Of a stretch of 64,000 nt of DNA, positions 10,090-18,568 are shown one piece after another (the stretch's first letter is position 1; each line of letters opens with the position of its first letter). This DNA comes from Escherichia phage vB-Eco-KMB43. The translations under genes and the position numbers were made by a program. The stretch is taken from sequence record OR525698.1; one strand, given 5' to 3'. The notes below the pieces were generated by a model. It searched no databases and was not told the origin of the DNA. It saw only the letters and a program-made list of their open reading frames with translations.

Positions 10090-10466
10090 TTAATGGTAAG
10101 TGTCTGGAAGAAAAAGATGGTCTTAAGCTGTCTGATGTGTATATTTGTACAGAGACTGAATTTACTTTAAATGGTAAAGTCTTTAAATTTAAAAATCCAA
10201 TGTATACTTCTGACCCCATTATCGATGACGCTGATTTCTTGAGTCATCATTATCACGATCCTAGTGTAGACTTCCATGATTTCCCAGCTTTTATTATGGA
10301 TTGGGCTACAGGATTAAGAAAAACTATTGCACTGGATACACCGGAAGGTACTATCTATGGTGGAATTAACATATTGGATCGCCTATCATGAATGACGCAT
10401 TAACATCATTTCGCGGGATGCGCAAGGAAGCGGAAGAAAACCCGATTGATAAACTTAACAAATTAG
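10090..10466 (+). other. intervening sequence interrupting gene 54 (candidate group I intron or other excised element)
   Basis: Removing 377 nt (or 380 nt, 10087-10466) joins NIR to INGRDFDPLVLSFRMD in frame, matching the contiguous T4 gp54 sequence; 3' end is G. Confidence 0.6.
10137..10391 (+). CDS. open reading frame inside the gene 54 intervening sequence (~100 codons open, function unknown)
   Basis: Frame open from 10083 to TGA at 10391 in AT-rich DNA; weak RBS; same frame as gp54 C-terminal segment. Confidence 0.3.
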   Translation: MYICTETEFTLNGKVFKFKNPMYTSDPIIDDADFLSHHYHDPSVDFHDFPAFIMDWATGLRKTIALDTPEGTIYGGINILDRLS

Positions 10467-10949
10467 ATAAACGGACGTGATTTCGATCCGCTTGTATTGA
10501 GCTTTAGAATGGACTCTAGCGCATCAAACTATCGAGCAATGCAGGATTGGGTTAACTCAGTAGAAGACCCCGTTACAGGGCTTCGTGCGCTTCCTGTTGA
10601 CGTTGAAGCAGATATTCAGGTTAACTTACATAACCGAATGGGAGTTCCTCACACGATCATGATGTTTAATGGTTGTGTTCCTGTTGGTGTGAGTGCACCG
10701 GAATTAACCTATGAAAATAACAACGAAATAACAACATTCGATGTTACTTTCGCATATCGTTCTATGCAAACTGGTGCTGTAGGAGAGCAAGCCGCGCGAG
10801 AATGGATTGAGGATAAGGCAATAAACGCAATAACAAACACTTTCGGCAATAATTTACTTGATAGTGGGTTATCTGCTGCTGGTAATGCTTTATCGCGTCT
10901 AAATGGCGTTGGTGGGCGTGTGGTGAATACTGTCACTAACTGGTTCTGA
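10467..10949 (+). CDS. 54: baseplate tail tube initiator gp54, C-terminal segment
   Basis: INGRDFDPLVLSFRMDSSASNYRAMQDWVNSV... collinear with T4 gp54 C-terminal half; no good own start or RBS. Confidence 0.8.
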   Translation: MNGRDFDPLVLSFRMDSSASNYRAMQDWVNSVEDPVTGLRALPVDVEADIQVNLHNRMGVPHTIMMFNGCVPVGVSAPELTYENNNEITTFDVTFAYRSMQTGAVGEQAAREWIEDKAINAITNTFGNNLLDSGLSAAGNALSRLNGVGGRVVNTVTNWF

Positions 10950-10958
10950 TAATCGAAA

Positions 10959-10984
10959 GGCGGGGATTATCCCCGCCTTTTTAT
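10959..10984. terminator. bidirectional terminator between gene 54 and lipoprotein gene
   Basis: Hairpin GGCGGGGA-TTAT-CCCCGCC followed by TTTTTATTTT. Confidence 0.65.
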
Positions 10985-11466
10985 TTTGCTAAATCATTGC
11001 AATATTTTAGTGCCTTAGTTTGAAATTCTGCGCTGTTAAGTTCTTCATAACGGTCATAATCACCGTTTAATGCTGCTTTTCTTGCTTCTTGCTCTATCTG
11101 CATGTCAGACATGATAATACAGCGATCCCGTGCTTTCATCTTCTCAAGTTGTATAAACTCTTCTTTCTGTTTGCGCAATTCTTCTTGACGCTTCTTTTCT
11201 TCTCGTGCTTTCTCTTCCCGCGCTTCTTTGATTGCATCCTTGAACATCTGCGTTTGTGGTGCTAAACCAACTTTAACGCGACCCACGTCTCGACGTTCCA
11301 TTTTAGAAATAAAGCATGATTCGATCTGATCATCACTTGCATATGCTGCTTTACATTCACGAAGCAAGAAAACCGGATCTGATTTAGCATTCATCATAGC
11401 TTCCATGTTAGCACAACCAGTAAGCATGAATGCAGACGCAAGACCAATTAGTTTAATCATTTTCAT
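10981..11466 (-). CDS. putative lipoprotein (signal peptide plus lipobox LTGC)
   Basis: N-terminus MKMIKLIGLASAFMLTGC, charged coiled-coil-like body. Confidence 0.6.
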   Translation of the reverse strand: MKMIKLIGLASAFMLTGCANMEAMMNAKSDPVFLLRECKAAYASDDQIESCFISKMERRDVGRVKVGLAPQTQMFKDAIKEAREEKAREEKKRQEELRKQKEEFIQLEKMKARDRCIIMSDMQIEQEARKAALNGDYDRYEELNSAEFQTKALKYCNDLAK

Positions 11467-12287
11467 TTAGTCACCTCACCGAAAATTGTAAATTGTCTAC
11501 GATTCTCATCGCCGAAAGATTCTACTACGTCGTTTACCTTGACGCAAGTCCCGCGCGGTAAAATTACTTCACATTCGCAAGGATTCCATGCAATTGACCC
11601 AACAACAAAACCTTTATGATCTTTTACGTCAATTACCCACGATACATTACAAGAATGTTGCATCTTTCCGGTCATCGATTCATATCGATTCTCACAATAA
11701 AGGCTAGTGCTGTTTGATAGCCATCCTCCAAAGATGATCGGTGTCATGCTGGTCGATACAAAGTTTTTAAAGGTAAACTCCTTATCTTCAATGATGCGCT
11801 CTATTGTCTGAATGTCAAGATGTTGACCGCGATAAAGAGTACCGTTTAACTTTTCGGTTTTATCCATGACACAATCCATCAAATCGACAATCTCTGATAT
11901 CTCGTCGGTCATGTCTTCTTCCCCTAAGAGAGCACCATTTACCCATTCGTATTGTTCAGATACATAATCACAGATTGCATTATATTCTGCTGGGGTTATG
12001 TTGTTATGTTTGTAATGTTTGAATACATTATCTCCAAAGTCTTCGGAATGTACTTCATACATCACATTAATGATTTTCTTGACAAATCCATAATCTTGTG
12101 TCTCGCGCTCAAGGAAGCGGATAACCTTCACATAATCATCAAAGTTAATCTGATCGCTGATCATCTCAGTGATCATGTAACCATTAATCCCCTCAATGTC
12201 ATATGTTTCAATATAATTGTCCATACGTTCCATCATTGATTCGCGTGATTCTTCCGAAAGACGAAAATCCTGTAATTTCTTGAACAT
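11463..12287 (-). CDS. Alt-like ADP-ribosyltransferase domain protein (paralog of alt)
   Basis: R-S-E type motifs LYRG, FKNFVSTS, ECEVILPRG shared with the adjacent Alt. Confidence 0.7.
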   Translation of the reverse strand: MFKKLQDFRLSEESRESMMERMDNYIETYDIEGINGYMITEMISDQINFDDYVKVIRFLERETQDYGFVKKIINVMYEVHSEDFGDNVFKHYKHNNITPAEYNAICDYVSEQYEWVNGALLGEEDMTDEISEIVDLMDCVMDKTEKLNGTLYRGQHLDIQTIERIIEDKEFTFKNFVSTSMTPIIFGGWLSNSTSLYCENRYESMTGKMQHSCNVSWVIDVKDHKGFVVGSIAWNPCECEVILPRGTCVKVNDVVESFGDENRRQFTIFGEVTK

Positions 12288-12307
12288 TTTAAACCTCCCA
12301 TATAACA

Positions 12308-12340
12308 GAAAACGGGGCTAGTATAAAACTAGTCCCCGTT
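12308..12340 (-). terminator. terminator after alt
   Basis: Hairpin ACGGGGCTAGT...ACTAGTCCCCGT with flanking A-run on plus strand. Confidence 0.55.
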
Positions 12341-12366
12341 TGAGTCAACCATTATTTCTTAAAAAA

Positions 12367-14418
12367 TTACATTTTAAATTTATCTGGCATTGCGTCTACA
12401 GATACCAGATCAGCGATAAGCTGACGTAGAGTTGCCTTATCTGCTTTCTTACGTTCGGTTTTAGCTTCGCTAATGAAGCTGGAGAAAGACAGGTCAGAAG
12501 CAGGTTTAATAACACCTTCACGGATGAATGCATCACCGTCTGCGATCATCTCGCCAGATTCTTGTAATGCTGCCAGTTCATTTTTGTTCATAATATGTGC
12601 CTCAATGTAATAAGTTTCTTGTGAATCCGTCGATGCCGTAGCACGAGTTACCGTATCAAAGGATAACACAACACCGCGAGGAAGTAAAATCTCGCATTCT
12701 TTGTAAGCAAATGCTTTGTTACCTACTGGCAACACAGGGATGTTTTCCGCGCCAGCAATGGAGAAAGCAACATTAGCGCCACCTTCACCGCGAGAGCCAG
12801 CCATAGAATCAACACCAGCAACGGCACTAGCCACGTTTGCATTCCAGCCGCCAAAAATGTTAGGTGCAAGGGAAGTGCTCACATAGTTTTTAAAGTAAAA
12901 CGCTTTTTGCTTACGTGCAGTTTCCCACATTTGAGTCCGGAAGTCCATACCACGATACAGAATAGTACCCGGATCAAGTTTAACGCCATAGTTGGAGAAG
13001 GCATTATCCAGTGCATCGCACATCTTGACCAATTCTTCTGGATCTGCGATGCCTTCAAACTCTTCCAGCTTACGATCAGTTAGGAAGTTGTTCATATTGA
13101 TGTATGCTGCATCGGCATATTCGCTCAATACAAAACCTTCCGCGCCCGGCAGATCAAGATCAATATCTGCCATCATTTCACCCATGTTGCTAGCAATTGC
13201 TTCAAACATACCGGAAGCAACATTACGTAGGGCATCGGTTTTAATCTGGGTGATATGACTACGCAGCATTTCAGCTTTTACATCTGCTGGCATAGACTGG
13301 TCTACTCGATCCATTGCCAGGGCGGTGATCTTGTTTTCGAATACTTCCTCGCTCATGATTTCTTTTAAGCGTTTGATTGATGCTGCGATAACTTCCGCAG
13401 ACAACGGATCATATTGATCCTGAACTTTTACCAGTTCGCTTACTGCGTATTTTGCATCTGCTTCGCTTTCAAAAATAGTACGCATGAAACCATAGCGAGT
13501 GATAATATCACTTGTCCAGTCATTCAGAGAACGGGCGGTTGAACGTTCTAATGCTTGACGATCAATCAGAGTATTAAACTGTTTCTTAGGTTCGGCTTCG
13601 GTGATATCTTCTTCCGGTTTAAGATTAATTTTTTCTGGATGATTCACATAGTCGCTGTTATAGGTCGCTTGAGTTTTCAGCATTTCTTCTTTAGTCAAAC
13701 GAGATTTAGCCGCTACGCGTTGTTCTGCTTCCGCGTTTCGTTCTTCTTCTGACACAAGACTAGCCGCATACGCCTCATCTTTAGTCAGAGATTCACCAGT
13801 AGCCTTAGATACCCAGCGATCACCTAAATCACTTTCTACTTTAGTGAACAAGGATTCATCAAGTTTAATCCCTTTAATCTTATCAATCGCCATCCCGCGA
13901 CGCTTGACAACAACTAAAGCGATCTTTTTGCTGGTCATTACTTCCTGCTGGAATACTTCAAACTTCGGTGTACGACGCACCAAACGCTCTATAACGCGCT
14001 TAACCAGTTCGGTCTTACCTTTCATGCGGGATACGTTAAAACGGAACATAACAGCGTCTAATTGCGCTTTACGGGCTGTTTCCATAACCACATCAAAAGC
14101 ACTTGCCATAACTGCAATCGGGTTATCTCCTAGACCATTTTTAAGCTGTACAATACGACCGCTTTTGTTCATTTCGCACAGTACAACATGTGCGGTCTTG
14201 TCACCCATACGAATGATTTTAGGTGTTTTGTTGGTGAAGTTACAAAGACGGACAATCACATCTTTATCGCGTGTCTGTACTGCAAAAAGCTGTTTAGGAT
14301 TCTGCTTAGGCTTTAAGCACTGTACCGGAGCAATACTGCCAAAGTTTTCTTCCTCTTCCGTCAACAGCCATTTCTCGAAAGATTCAATCATTAGATCGTC
14401 GATTTCTAAGTTAAACAT
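12367..14418 (-). CDS. alt: Alt ADP-ribosyltransferase (head-packaged)
   Basis: 683 aa, T4 Alt size; motifs ILYRG, FKNYVSTS, YKECEILLPRG. Confidence 0.85.
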   Translation of the reverse strand: MFNLEIDDLMIESFEKWLLTEEEENFGSIAPVQCLKPKQNPKQLFAVQTRDKDVIVRLCNFTNKTPKIIRMGDKTAHVVLCEMNKSGRIVQLKNGLGDNPIAVMASAFDVVMETARKAQLDAVMFRFNVSRMKGKTELVKRVIERLVRRTPKFEVFQQEVMTSKKIALVVVKRRGMAIDKIKGIKLDESLFTKVESDLGDRWVSKATGESLTKDEAYAASLVSEEERNAEAEQRVAAKSRLTKEEMLKTQATYNSDYVNHPEKINLKPEEDITEAEPKKQFNTLIDRQALERSTARSLNDWTSDIITRYGFMRTIFESEADAKYAVSELVKVQDQYDPLSAEVIAASIKRLKEIMSEEVFENKITALAMDRVDQSMPADVKAEMLRSHITQIKTDALRNVASGMFEAIASNMGEMMADIDLDLPGAEGFVLSEYADAAYINMNNFLTDRKLEEFEGIADPEELVKMCDALDNAFSNYGVKLDPGTILYRGMDFRTQMWETARKQKAFYFKNYVSTSLAPNIFGGWNANVASAVAGVDSMAGSRGEGGANVAFSIAGAENIPVLPVGNKAFAYKECEILLPRGVVLSFDTVTRATASTDSQETYYIEAHIMNKNELAALQESGEMIADGDAFIREGVIKPASDLSFSSFISEAKTERKKADKATLRQLIADLVSVDAMPDKFKM

Positions 14419-14460
14419 TTTATATCCTCTAGTTGATAACCTATAAACCTATATTTATGA

Positions 14461-14480
14461 AAAAGGGGCTTAACGCCCCC
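14461..14480 (-). terminator. terminator (GGGGC-TTAAC-GCCCC hairpin family)
   Basis: AAAA upstream on plus strand gives T-run on minus strand. Confidence 0.55.
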
Positions 14481-14485
14481 ATTTA

Positions 14486-14698
14486 TTATAATGCACCATC
14501 GAGCAATTGCTCTAAGGTGTATCCTGAATAGTCTTTTTCAATCAGGATATATTTTCCTACTCGTTTAATACAACCGCGCATTTCAACGTATTCTGCGTAG
14601 TTGATGGTGCGAGTTGTTCCATCTTCCAGTAATGCAGTACCGATTTCGTTAATGCGGTCATAAGTTACGTCGGTAATGATGATTTCGATGTTAGCCAT
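14486..14698 (-). CDS. hypothetical small protein (70 aa)
   Basis: ORF with AAGGAG RBS, preceded by early promoter, followed by hairpin terminator. Confidence 0.5.
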   Translation of the reverse strand: MANIEIIITDVTYDRINEIGTALLEDGTTRTINYAEYVEMRGCIKRVGKYILIEKDYSGYTLEQLLDGAL

Positions 14699-14734
14699 TT
14701 GATACTCCTTAGTAGTTCGTTTCGGTATGGGTGT

Positions 14735-14763
14735 ATTATGATATACACCCTCTGTTATGTCAA
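14735..14763 (-). promoter_or_regulatory. early promoter, PeSL-like (TTGACA ... CATAAT)
   Basis: -35 TTGACA and -10 with palindromic element, upstream of 14486-14698 ORF. Confidence 0.5.
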
Positions 14764-14769
14764 CAACTT

Positions 14770-14949
14770 TTAGAACATTTTTGAAATCAATTCTGCTTTG
14801 ATTTCGCAGAGAACATCTAAAGATTTCTCGTCACCTGCTTTTGCTGCTTCTGCTTGCATTTTTGAAATGGCTTCAATGTCGGTGCAATTATAAGCCGCTT
14901 GAACTTTAGCGATTGCGATGATTGCCGATTCGATGGTTAAGTGTTTCAT
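14770..14949 (-). CDS. hypothetical small protein (59 aa)
   Basis: ATG at 14949 behind a PeSL promoter and GGAGAATCAA leader; below ORF-track cutoff. Confidence 0.4.
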   Translation of the reverse strand: MKHLTIESAIIAIAKVQAAYNCTDIEAISKMQAEAAKAGDEKSLDVLCEIKAELISKMF

Positions 14950-14981
14950 GTTTGATTCCCCTTTCGTTTCGGTATGTGTGT

Positions 14982-15011
14982 ATTATAGGGGATCACCGAT
15001 CCCCCTGTCAA
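14982..15011 (-). promoter_or_regulatory. PeSL early promoter (TTGACA-GGGGGATCGGTGATCCCC-TATAAT)
   Basis: Consensus -35/-10 with GC stem-loop in spacer. Confidence 0.6.
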
Positions 15012-15022
15012 CAACTTTTTAG

Positions 15023-15538
15023 TTATTTTTTTAATTGCTCATCTTGCAATAGGGCAATCACATGCTGGCGATGTTCTTCCGATTGAGGCACACCGAAAAA
15101 GTTTGTTTTGTAGAAATACTCTAATCGGTCTTCTCGTGTGCTCTCTTCCATCATGATCGCGGGTAGTCCGAGATTTCGGAAACGTCGCTTTTCTGCTGGC
15201 GTAAAATCACTGTAATACAACATAGAATCATCATTACCAGCAATGCTAAACTCATCCTTCATAAAGGAGAATATTGCGTTTAAACGCTGTTTACCGTCCA
15301 CGATTTCGATCTCATAGCGAGAGCCATCATCAATCTTAGCCATTGCGATAGCACCGACCGGAAAATCATTAATCAGGTTTTCGATAAACATACGTTTGTT
15401 TTCGGTGTCCCATACCAAAGGACGCTGATAATCTGGGTTCATGTTGATATAGCCATCTTCTAACCATGCTTCGTAAACAGAGATGACAAAGTTTTTAGTA
15501 TTGGTATAGTAACGGCGTTTAGGCGTTAAACGGTTCAT
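15023..15538 (-). CDS. DUF262 / ParB-like nuclease domain protein
   Basis: Motifs DYQRPLVWD and VDGKQRL (DGQQR-type); start at ATG 15538 with AGGAG RBS. Confidence 0.65.
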   Translation of the reverse strand: MNRLTPKRRYYTNTKNFVISVYEAWLEDGYINMNPDYQRPLVWDTENKRMFIENLINDFPVGAIAMAKIDDGSRYEIEIVDGKQRLNAIFSFMKDEFSIAGNDDSMLYYSDFTPAEKRRFRNLGLPAIMMEESTREDRLEYFYKTNFFGVPQSEEHRQHVIALLQDEQLKK

Positions 15539-15539
15539 G

Positions 15540-15872
15540 TTATAGTCTCCTGAATGGATCATCACGTAAATCAATATCTTTTAAGAACTCATCCCATGAA
15601 TGGCGGATATTGTTCTTAATTCTCCAGATAAGCGCAGGGATTGAACGCTCTCCCATCTGGAAGTATGGATCATATGATCCGTATGCCCAATATGCTACTA
15701 CAATTCCACAATCAGCGCAATAGTATTCTATTTCACTTGCTGGCGACCAAAGTCCATCAATATGATCGGTGATCTTGCTTTCGATGTTATGGCTATGACA
15801 ATCAGGGCAACGGATGCAATGACCTTGTTTATCGTAATTTGACGTTAGCGAATACTTAAACAATCTCATCAT
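15540..15872 (-). CDS. zinc-ribbon protein (CxxC...CxxC)
   Basis: CIRCPDCHSH ... YYCADCG cysteine pairs; coupled to flanking genes. Confidence 0.5.
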   Translation of the reverse strand: MMRLFKYSLTSNYDKQGHCIRCPDCHSHNIESKITDHIDGLWSPASEIEYYCADCGIVVAYWAYGSYDPYFQMGERSIPALIWRIKNNIRHSWDEFLKDIDLRDDPFRRL

Positions 15873-16585
15873 AGATCCTTATTTGCTTCAAATACTGCCT
15901 TTGCGAATCCTCGCGGGGTAAGTGACCTGATAGTCTTTGTTTTCGTTCCTTTCCCGCCTAGCTTAGAATGCTGTTTACTGTACCCTTTATTAATCTGCAA
16001 AGGTTTCTTTTCTGGCATTATAAAGCCTTGTCCGGTCCATAAGCAAGTCTTTTTCGGGTACATATCACGGGCGGCGATATACTCAGGAAAAGTAGGATGT
16101 TTATCATCTTCCGGCAAATAACCGCCATATTCCCACGGATGGAACATATAATCAGGCTTACGCCACATGCTAGAGATAACGCTTACAGGATTCTCTATCA
16201 TGTAGGGAACTCCTAGCCATTCACCCAAATAAGCGGTTATTTTAGCTGCCCGTACATCATGAACTTGAATCAATGGTCCTTGCTCTCGTTTCTTTCGTTC
16301 AAAGTGTGCAGCGCCACTAACAGCTAAATTGGTGCACGGTGGGAATGCAAAGATAATATCCGGTTTCCCCCATTCAAGGTCCATTGCTCTTTCCAGCCAG
16401 TTCAAATCAATCCAGGTGTTTACATAGGTAATGTTTGGATGTTCAAATCTGGTATTATACTTTTTGTATGTACCGTGGTCGGCGTCATCCGCATTAAAGC
16501 AGACTACCTTATGACCTGCTTTAGCCCATTCTAGCCCCATTATCCCCGATCCGTCAAAGTTACAGAATATTAATTTTTGTTTCAT
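15869..16585 (-). CDS. minimal C5-cytosine methyltransferase-like protein (238 aa, no obvious target recognition domain)
   Basis: Motif I-like FDGSGIMG, motif IV AFPPCTNLAVSG, motif VI ENP, motif X-like LTPRG. Confidence 0.55.
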   Translation of the reverse strand: MKQKLIFCNFDGSGIMGLEWAKAGHKVVCFNADDADHGTYKKYNTRFEHPNITYVNTWIDLNWLERAMDLEWGKPDIIFAFPPCTNLAVSGAAHFERKKREQGPLIQVHDVRAAKITAYLGEWLGVPYMIENPVSVISSMWRKPDYMFHPWEYGGYLPEDDKHPTFPEYIAARDMYPKKTCLWTGQGFIMPEKKPLQINKGYSKQHSKLGGKGTKTKTIRSLTPRGFAKAVFEANKDL

Positions 16586-16827
16586 ATACGCCCCTTTAAT
16601 CCAACACAGATTTTAGAAGGTTCTTTGCCGTGCCACATTAAGTAAAGTCCATTAATGCGGCCTTGTTTTGTATATGATTCTTTTCTGATCTTCTTATAGT
16701 GTCGTGCTTCCTCAGCCGATTGTTTAGAATACCAATCATAAAGGAAGAGGCACAAAGGCCAACCATTAGCGGCCTTAATGCAGTTATTAAGAAATTCCTT
16801 ATTGCGTTTAATTAATTTTCTTTTCAC
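16582..16827 (-). CDS. hypothetical protein (81 aa)
   Basis: ORF overlapping neighbours by 4 nt within operon. Confidence 0.5.
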   Translation of the reverse strand: MKRKLIKRNKEFLNNCIKAANGWPLCLFLYDWYSKQSAEEARHYKKIRKESYTKQGRINGLYLMWHGKEPSKICVGLKGRI

Positions 16828-17075
16828 GCTGCCCCCATTGGTTTGATAGTAACAGAATCTAAAAGACCTTTGTTAGCCAGTTCGCGGCAAGTTTTCAGAT
16901 CCGCAACTTCCCAGCCAGCCGCAATCAGGTTATCGATGAGGCTGTTAGCAACTTCTTCGCTCATGAAAGAGCACTGTTTGCCGATGGTGTAGCGTACACG
17001 CTGTAATTTCAGTTTACGGAAGCCTTTAACGTTCAGGTCTTTAGCGATTTTCTTTGCGGTTTCGATGTTAGCCAT
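16824..17075 (-). CDS. hypothetical protein (83 aa), first gene of the PeSL-driven operon
   Basis: AGGAGA RBS, PeSL promoter at 17115-17144. Confidence 0.5.
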   Translation of the reverse strand: MANIETAKKIAKDLNVKGFRKLKLQRVRYTIGKQCSFMSEEVANSLIDNLIAAGWEVADLKTCRELANKGLLDSVTIKPMGAA

Positions 17076-17114
17076 TGTTTGATTCTCCTAAGTGGTATCT
17101 AGTCTTGATGGTTG

Positions 17115-17144
17115 TATTGTAGGGGAGTTATCCTCCCCTGTCAA
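17115..17144 (-). promoter_or_regulatory. PeSL early promoter (stem GGGGAGG/CCTCCCC)
   Basis: TTGACA with GC palindrome; drives operon 17075 to 15023. Confidence 0.5.
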
Positions 17145-17158
17145 CACTTTTTATAAAA

Positions 17159-17326
17159 TTATTTGTTAATTTCCGGTGCGTTGCTAGGATAGTAACCTTC
17201 TTTAACTCCGAGGTATTTCGCAACCATCCCTACAATCTTCTGTGCTACTACAATGTCAAATTTCAGATAATCTTCGCCGTGGGTTTCAATGATATATGCT
17301 TCACATGCTGCTTTAGTCTCGAACAT
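17159..17326 (-). CDS. hypothetical small protein (55 aa), paralog of 20780-20947
   Basis: MFETKAACEAY...NAPEINK; near-identical copy elsewhere; PeSL upstream. Confidence 0.45.
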   Translation of the reverse strand: MFETKAACEAYIIETHGEDYLKFDIVVAQKIVGMVAKYLGVKEGYYPSNAPEINK

Positions 17327-17359
17327 TTTGATTCTCCTATTTCGTTTCGGTATGTGTGT

Positions 17360-17388
17360 ATTATAGGGGATCTCCCGATCCCCGTCAA
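17360..17388 (-). promoter_or_regulatory. PeSL early promoter (TTGACG-GGGATCGGGAGATCCCC-TATAAT)
   Basis: Consensus hexamers with stem-loop spacer. Confidence 0.6.
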
Positions 17389-17404
17389 CAACTTTTTTTT
17401 AAAA

Positions 17405-17686
17405 TTATTCGTGATTAGTTTCGATGTTGTGCATTTTGCACCAGTTCAGCCAATCACCCAGATCCTGATAGTTAATGCTTTTATCTGCTGCCATCGTTTT
17501 TGTCTTGATACCCATATGTGCGTTATGAGTAAGCATTTTTACAGTGAACTCAATTTTATCACCTTTAGCTTTAACATCAACCAGTTTGGTCCACTGGCTA
17601 CCAGCGCCGCGAATGTTCATACCAACGATGTTTCCGATGTATGCTTCTTTGTTTTTCAGGATTTCGGTTGCTTTGATGAATTTCAT
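17405..17686 (-). CDS. hypothetical protein (93 aa)
   Basis: ORF after PeSL promoter with GGAGAATCAA leader. Confidence 0.5.
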   Translation of the reverse strand: MKFIKATEILKNKEAYIGNIVGMNIRGAGSQWTKLVDVKAKGDKIEFTVKMLTHNAHMGIKTKTMAADKSINYQDLGDWLNWCKMHNIETNHE

Positions 17687-17719
17687 TTTTGATTCTCCAG
17701 TTCGTTTCGGTATGTGTGT

Positions 17720-17748
17720 ATTATGCTATTTTCTTACTTTGGTGTCAA
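17720..17748 (-). promoter_or_regulatory. early promoter (TTGACA-17-CATAAT), PeSL-related without clear stem
   Basis: Hexamers at correct spacing plus shared CACACATACCGAAACGAA leader. Confidence 0.5.
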
Positions 17749-17757
17749 CAACTTTTT

Positions 17758-18027
17758 TTAGATATTTTCAGAAATAAATTTTAAAACTTGACGTAAATGT
17801 TTCTCATCTTTGATAGTCGCCGGAAGTTCTTCTTTTACTTCCTGTGCAAGATAGATATTTCCGTTCCAAGTGAAAGATCCGTCTTCGTTTACGCGATAGC
17901 TGAACATCCACTCGCAATCATTTTCGATTTCATATACACACAGAAGAGTGTAATCTTCAAAGCTATTGATTTCAAGGTCGAAGCCGTGACGTTTTGCAAA
18001 GTTGGTAGTGGTTTTAGTCAGTGCCAT
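17758..18027 (-). CDS. hypothetical protein (89 aa)
   Basis: ORF after PeSL promoter. Confidence 0.5.
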   Translation of the reverse strand: MALTKTTTNFAKRHGFDLEINSFEDYTLLCVYEIENDCEWMFSYRVNEDGSFTWNGNIYLAQEVKEELPATIKDEKHLRQVLKFISENI

Positions 18028-18068
18028 TGTTTGATTCTCCTAAGTGGTATCTCGTCTTGATGGGTGTA

Positions 18069-18096
18069 TTATGCTATAGGCGTGATCTGGTGTCAA
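18069..18096 (-). promoter_or_regulatory. early promoter (TTGACA ... CATAAT)
   Basis: Hexamers upstream of 17758-18027 ORF. Confidence 0.5.
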
Positions 18097-18344
18097 TGCT
18101 TTTTTTAATTTTATGCAATAAAAAGACGACACTAAGGTCGGCACATTTTAAAAATTCTTGCCATATATGCAAGCCTCATAATCTAGAGGATGACCGCCAA
18201 TCCTACCCGGCTTAATATTCCAACCGCATCGATATTTGCTGACCATGCTAACAGTTTCGGTTCTTAGAGCATTTTCTTTGCAAATCATACCCCATAAATT
18301 CTTTTCTATAAGGACAGTCCGCTTTGCAAGTTGGCGGTTCTACG

Positions 18345-18536
18345 TCATTTAGCGGGTCGGAAGCAGTTGGCTTTATTATCAATTCTTTGTTTGCAATAAT
18401 CATAAGCACATCCCATTGAAGACAATTTAACATCTTCGCAATAAGTGTTGAATCCGTCAAACACGGTCACTTCGTATTTGACTCCATCAGCGATAGCTTT
18501 TACTTTATACCATCCATGCTTGTATAAAATCTTCAT
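18345..18536 (-). CDS. hypothetical Cys-containing protein (63 aa)
   Basis: GAGGAAAT RBS plus ATG right after PeSL. Confidence 0.45.
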   Translation of the reverse strand: MKILYKHGWYKVKAIADGVKYEVTVFDGFNTYCEDVKLSSMGCAYDYCKQRIDNKANCFRPAK

Positions 18537-18568
18537 CTTTATTTCCTCAATCTCGTTTCGATGGGTGT

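Noticed and set aside
10096-10466. Eukaryote-like GTAAGT...AG boundaries inside the gene 54 intervening sequence
   Set aside because: Removing 10096-10466 does not restore the gp54 reading frame (it gives NIRLMDKRT then a stop), so the resemblance to spliceosomal splice sites is coincidental
18248-18460. 70 aa ORF overlapping 18345-18536 in a different frame
   Set aside because: The 18345-18536 ORF has the RBS and promoter context; the overlapping frame has no start context. A frameshift joining the two cannot be excluded
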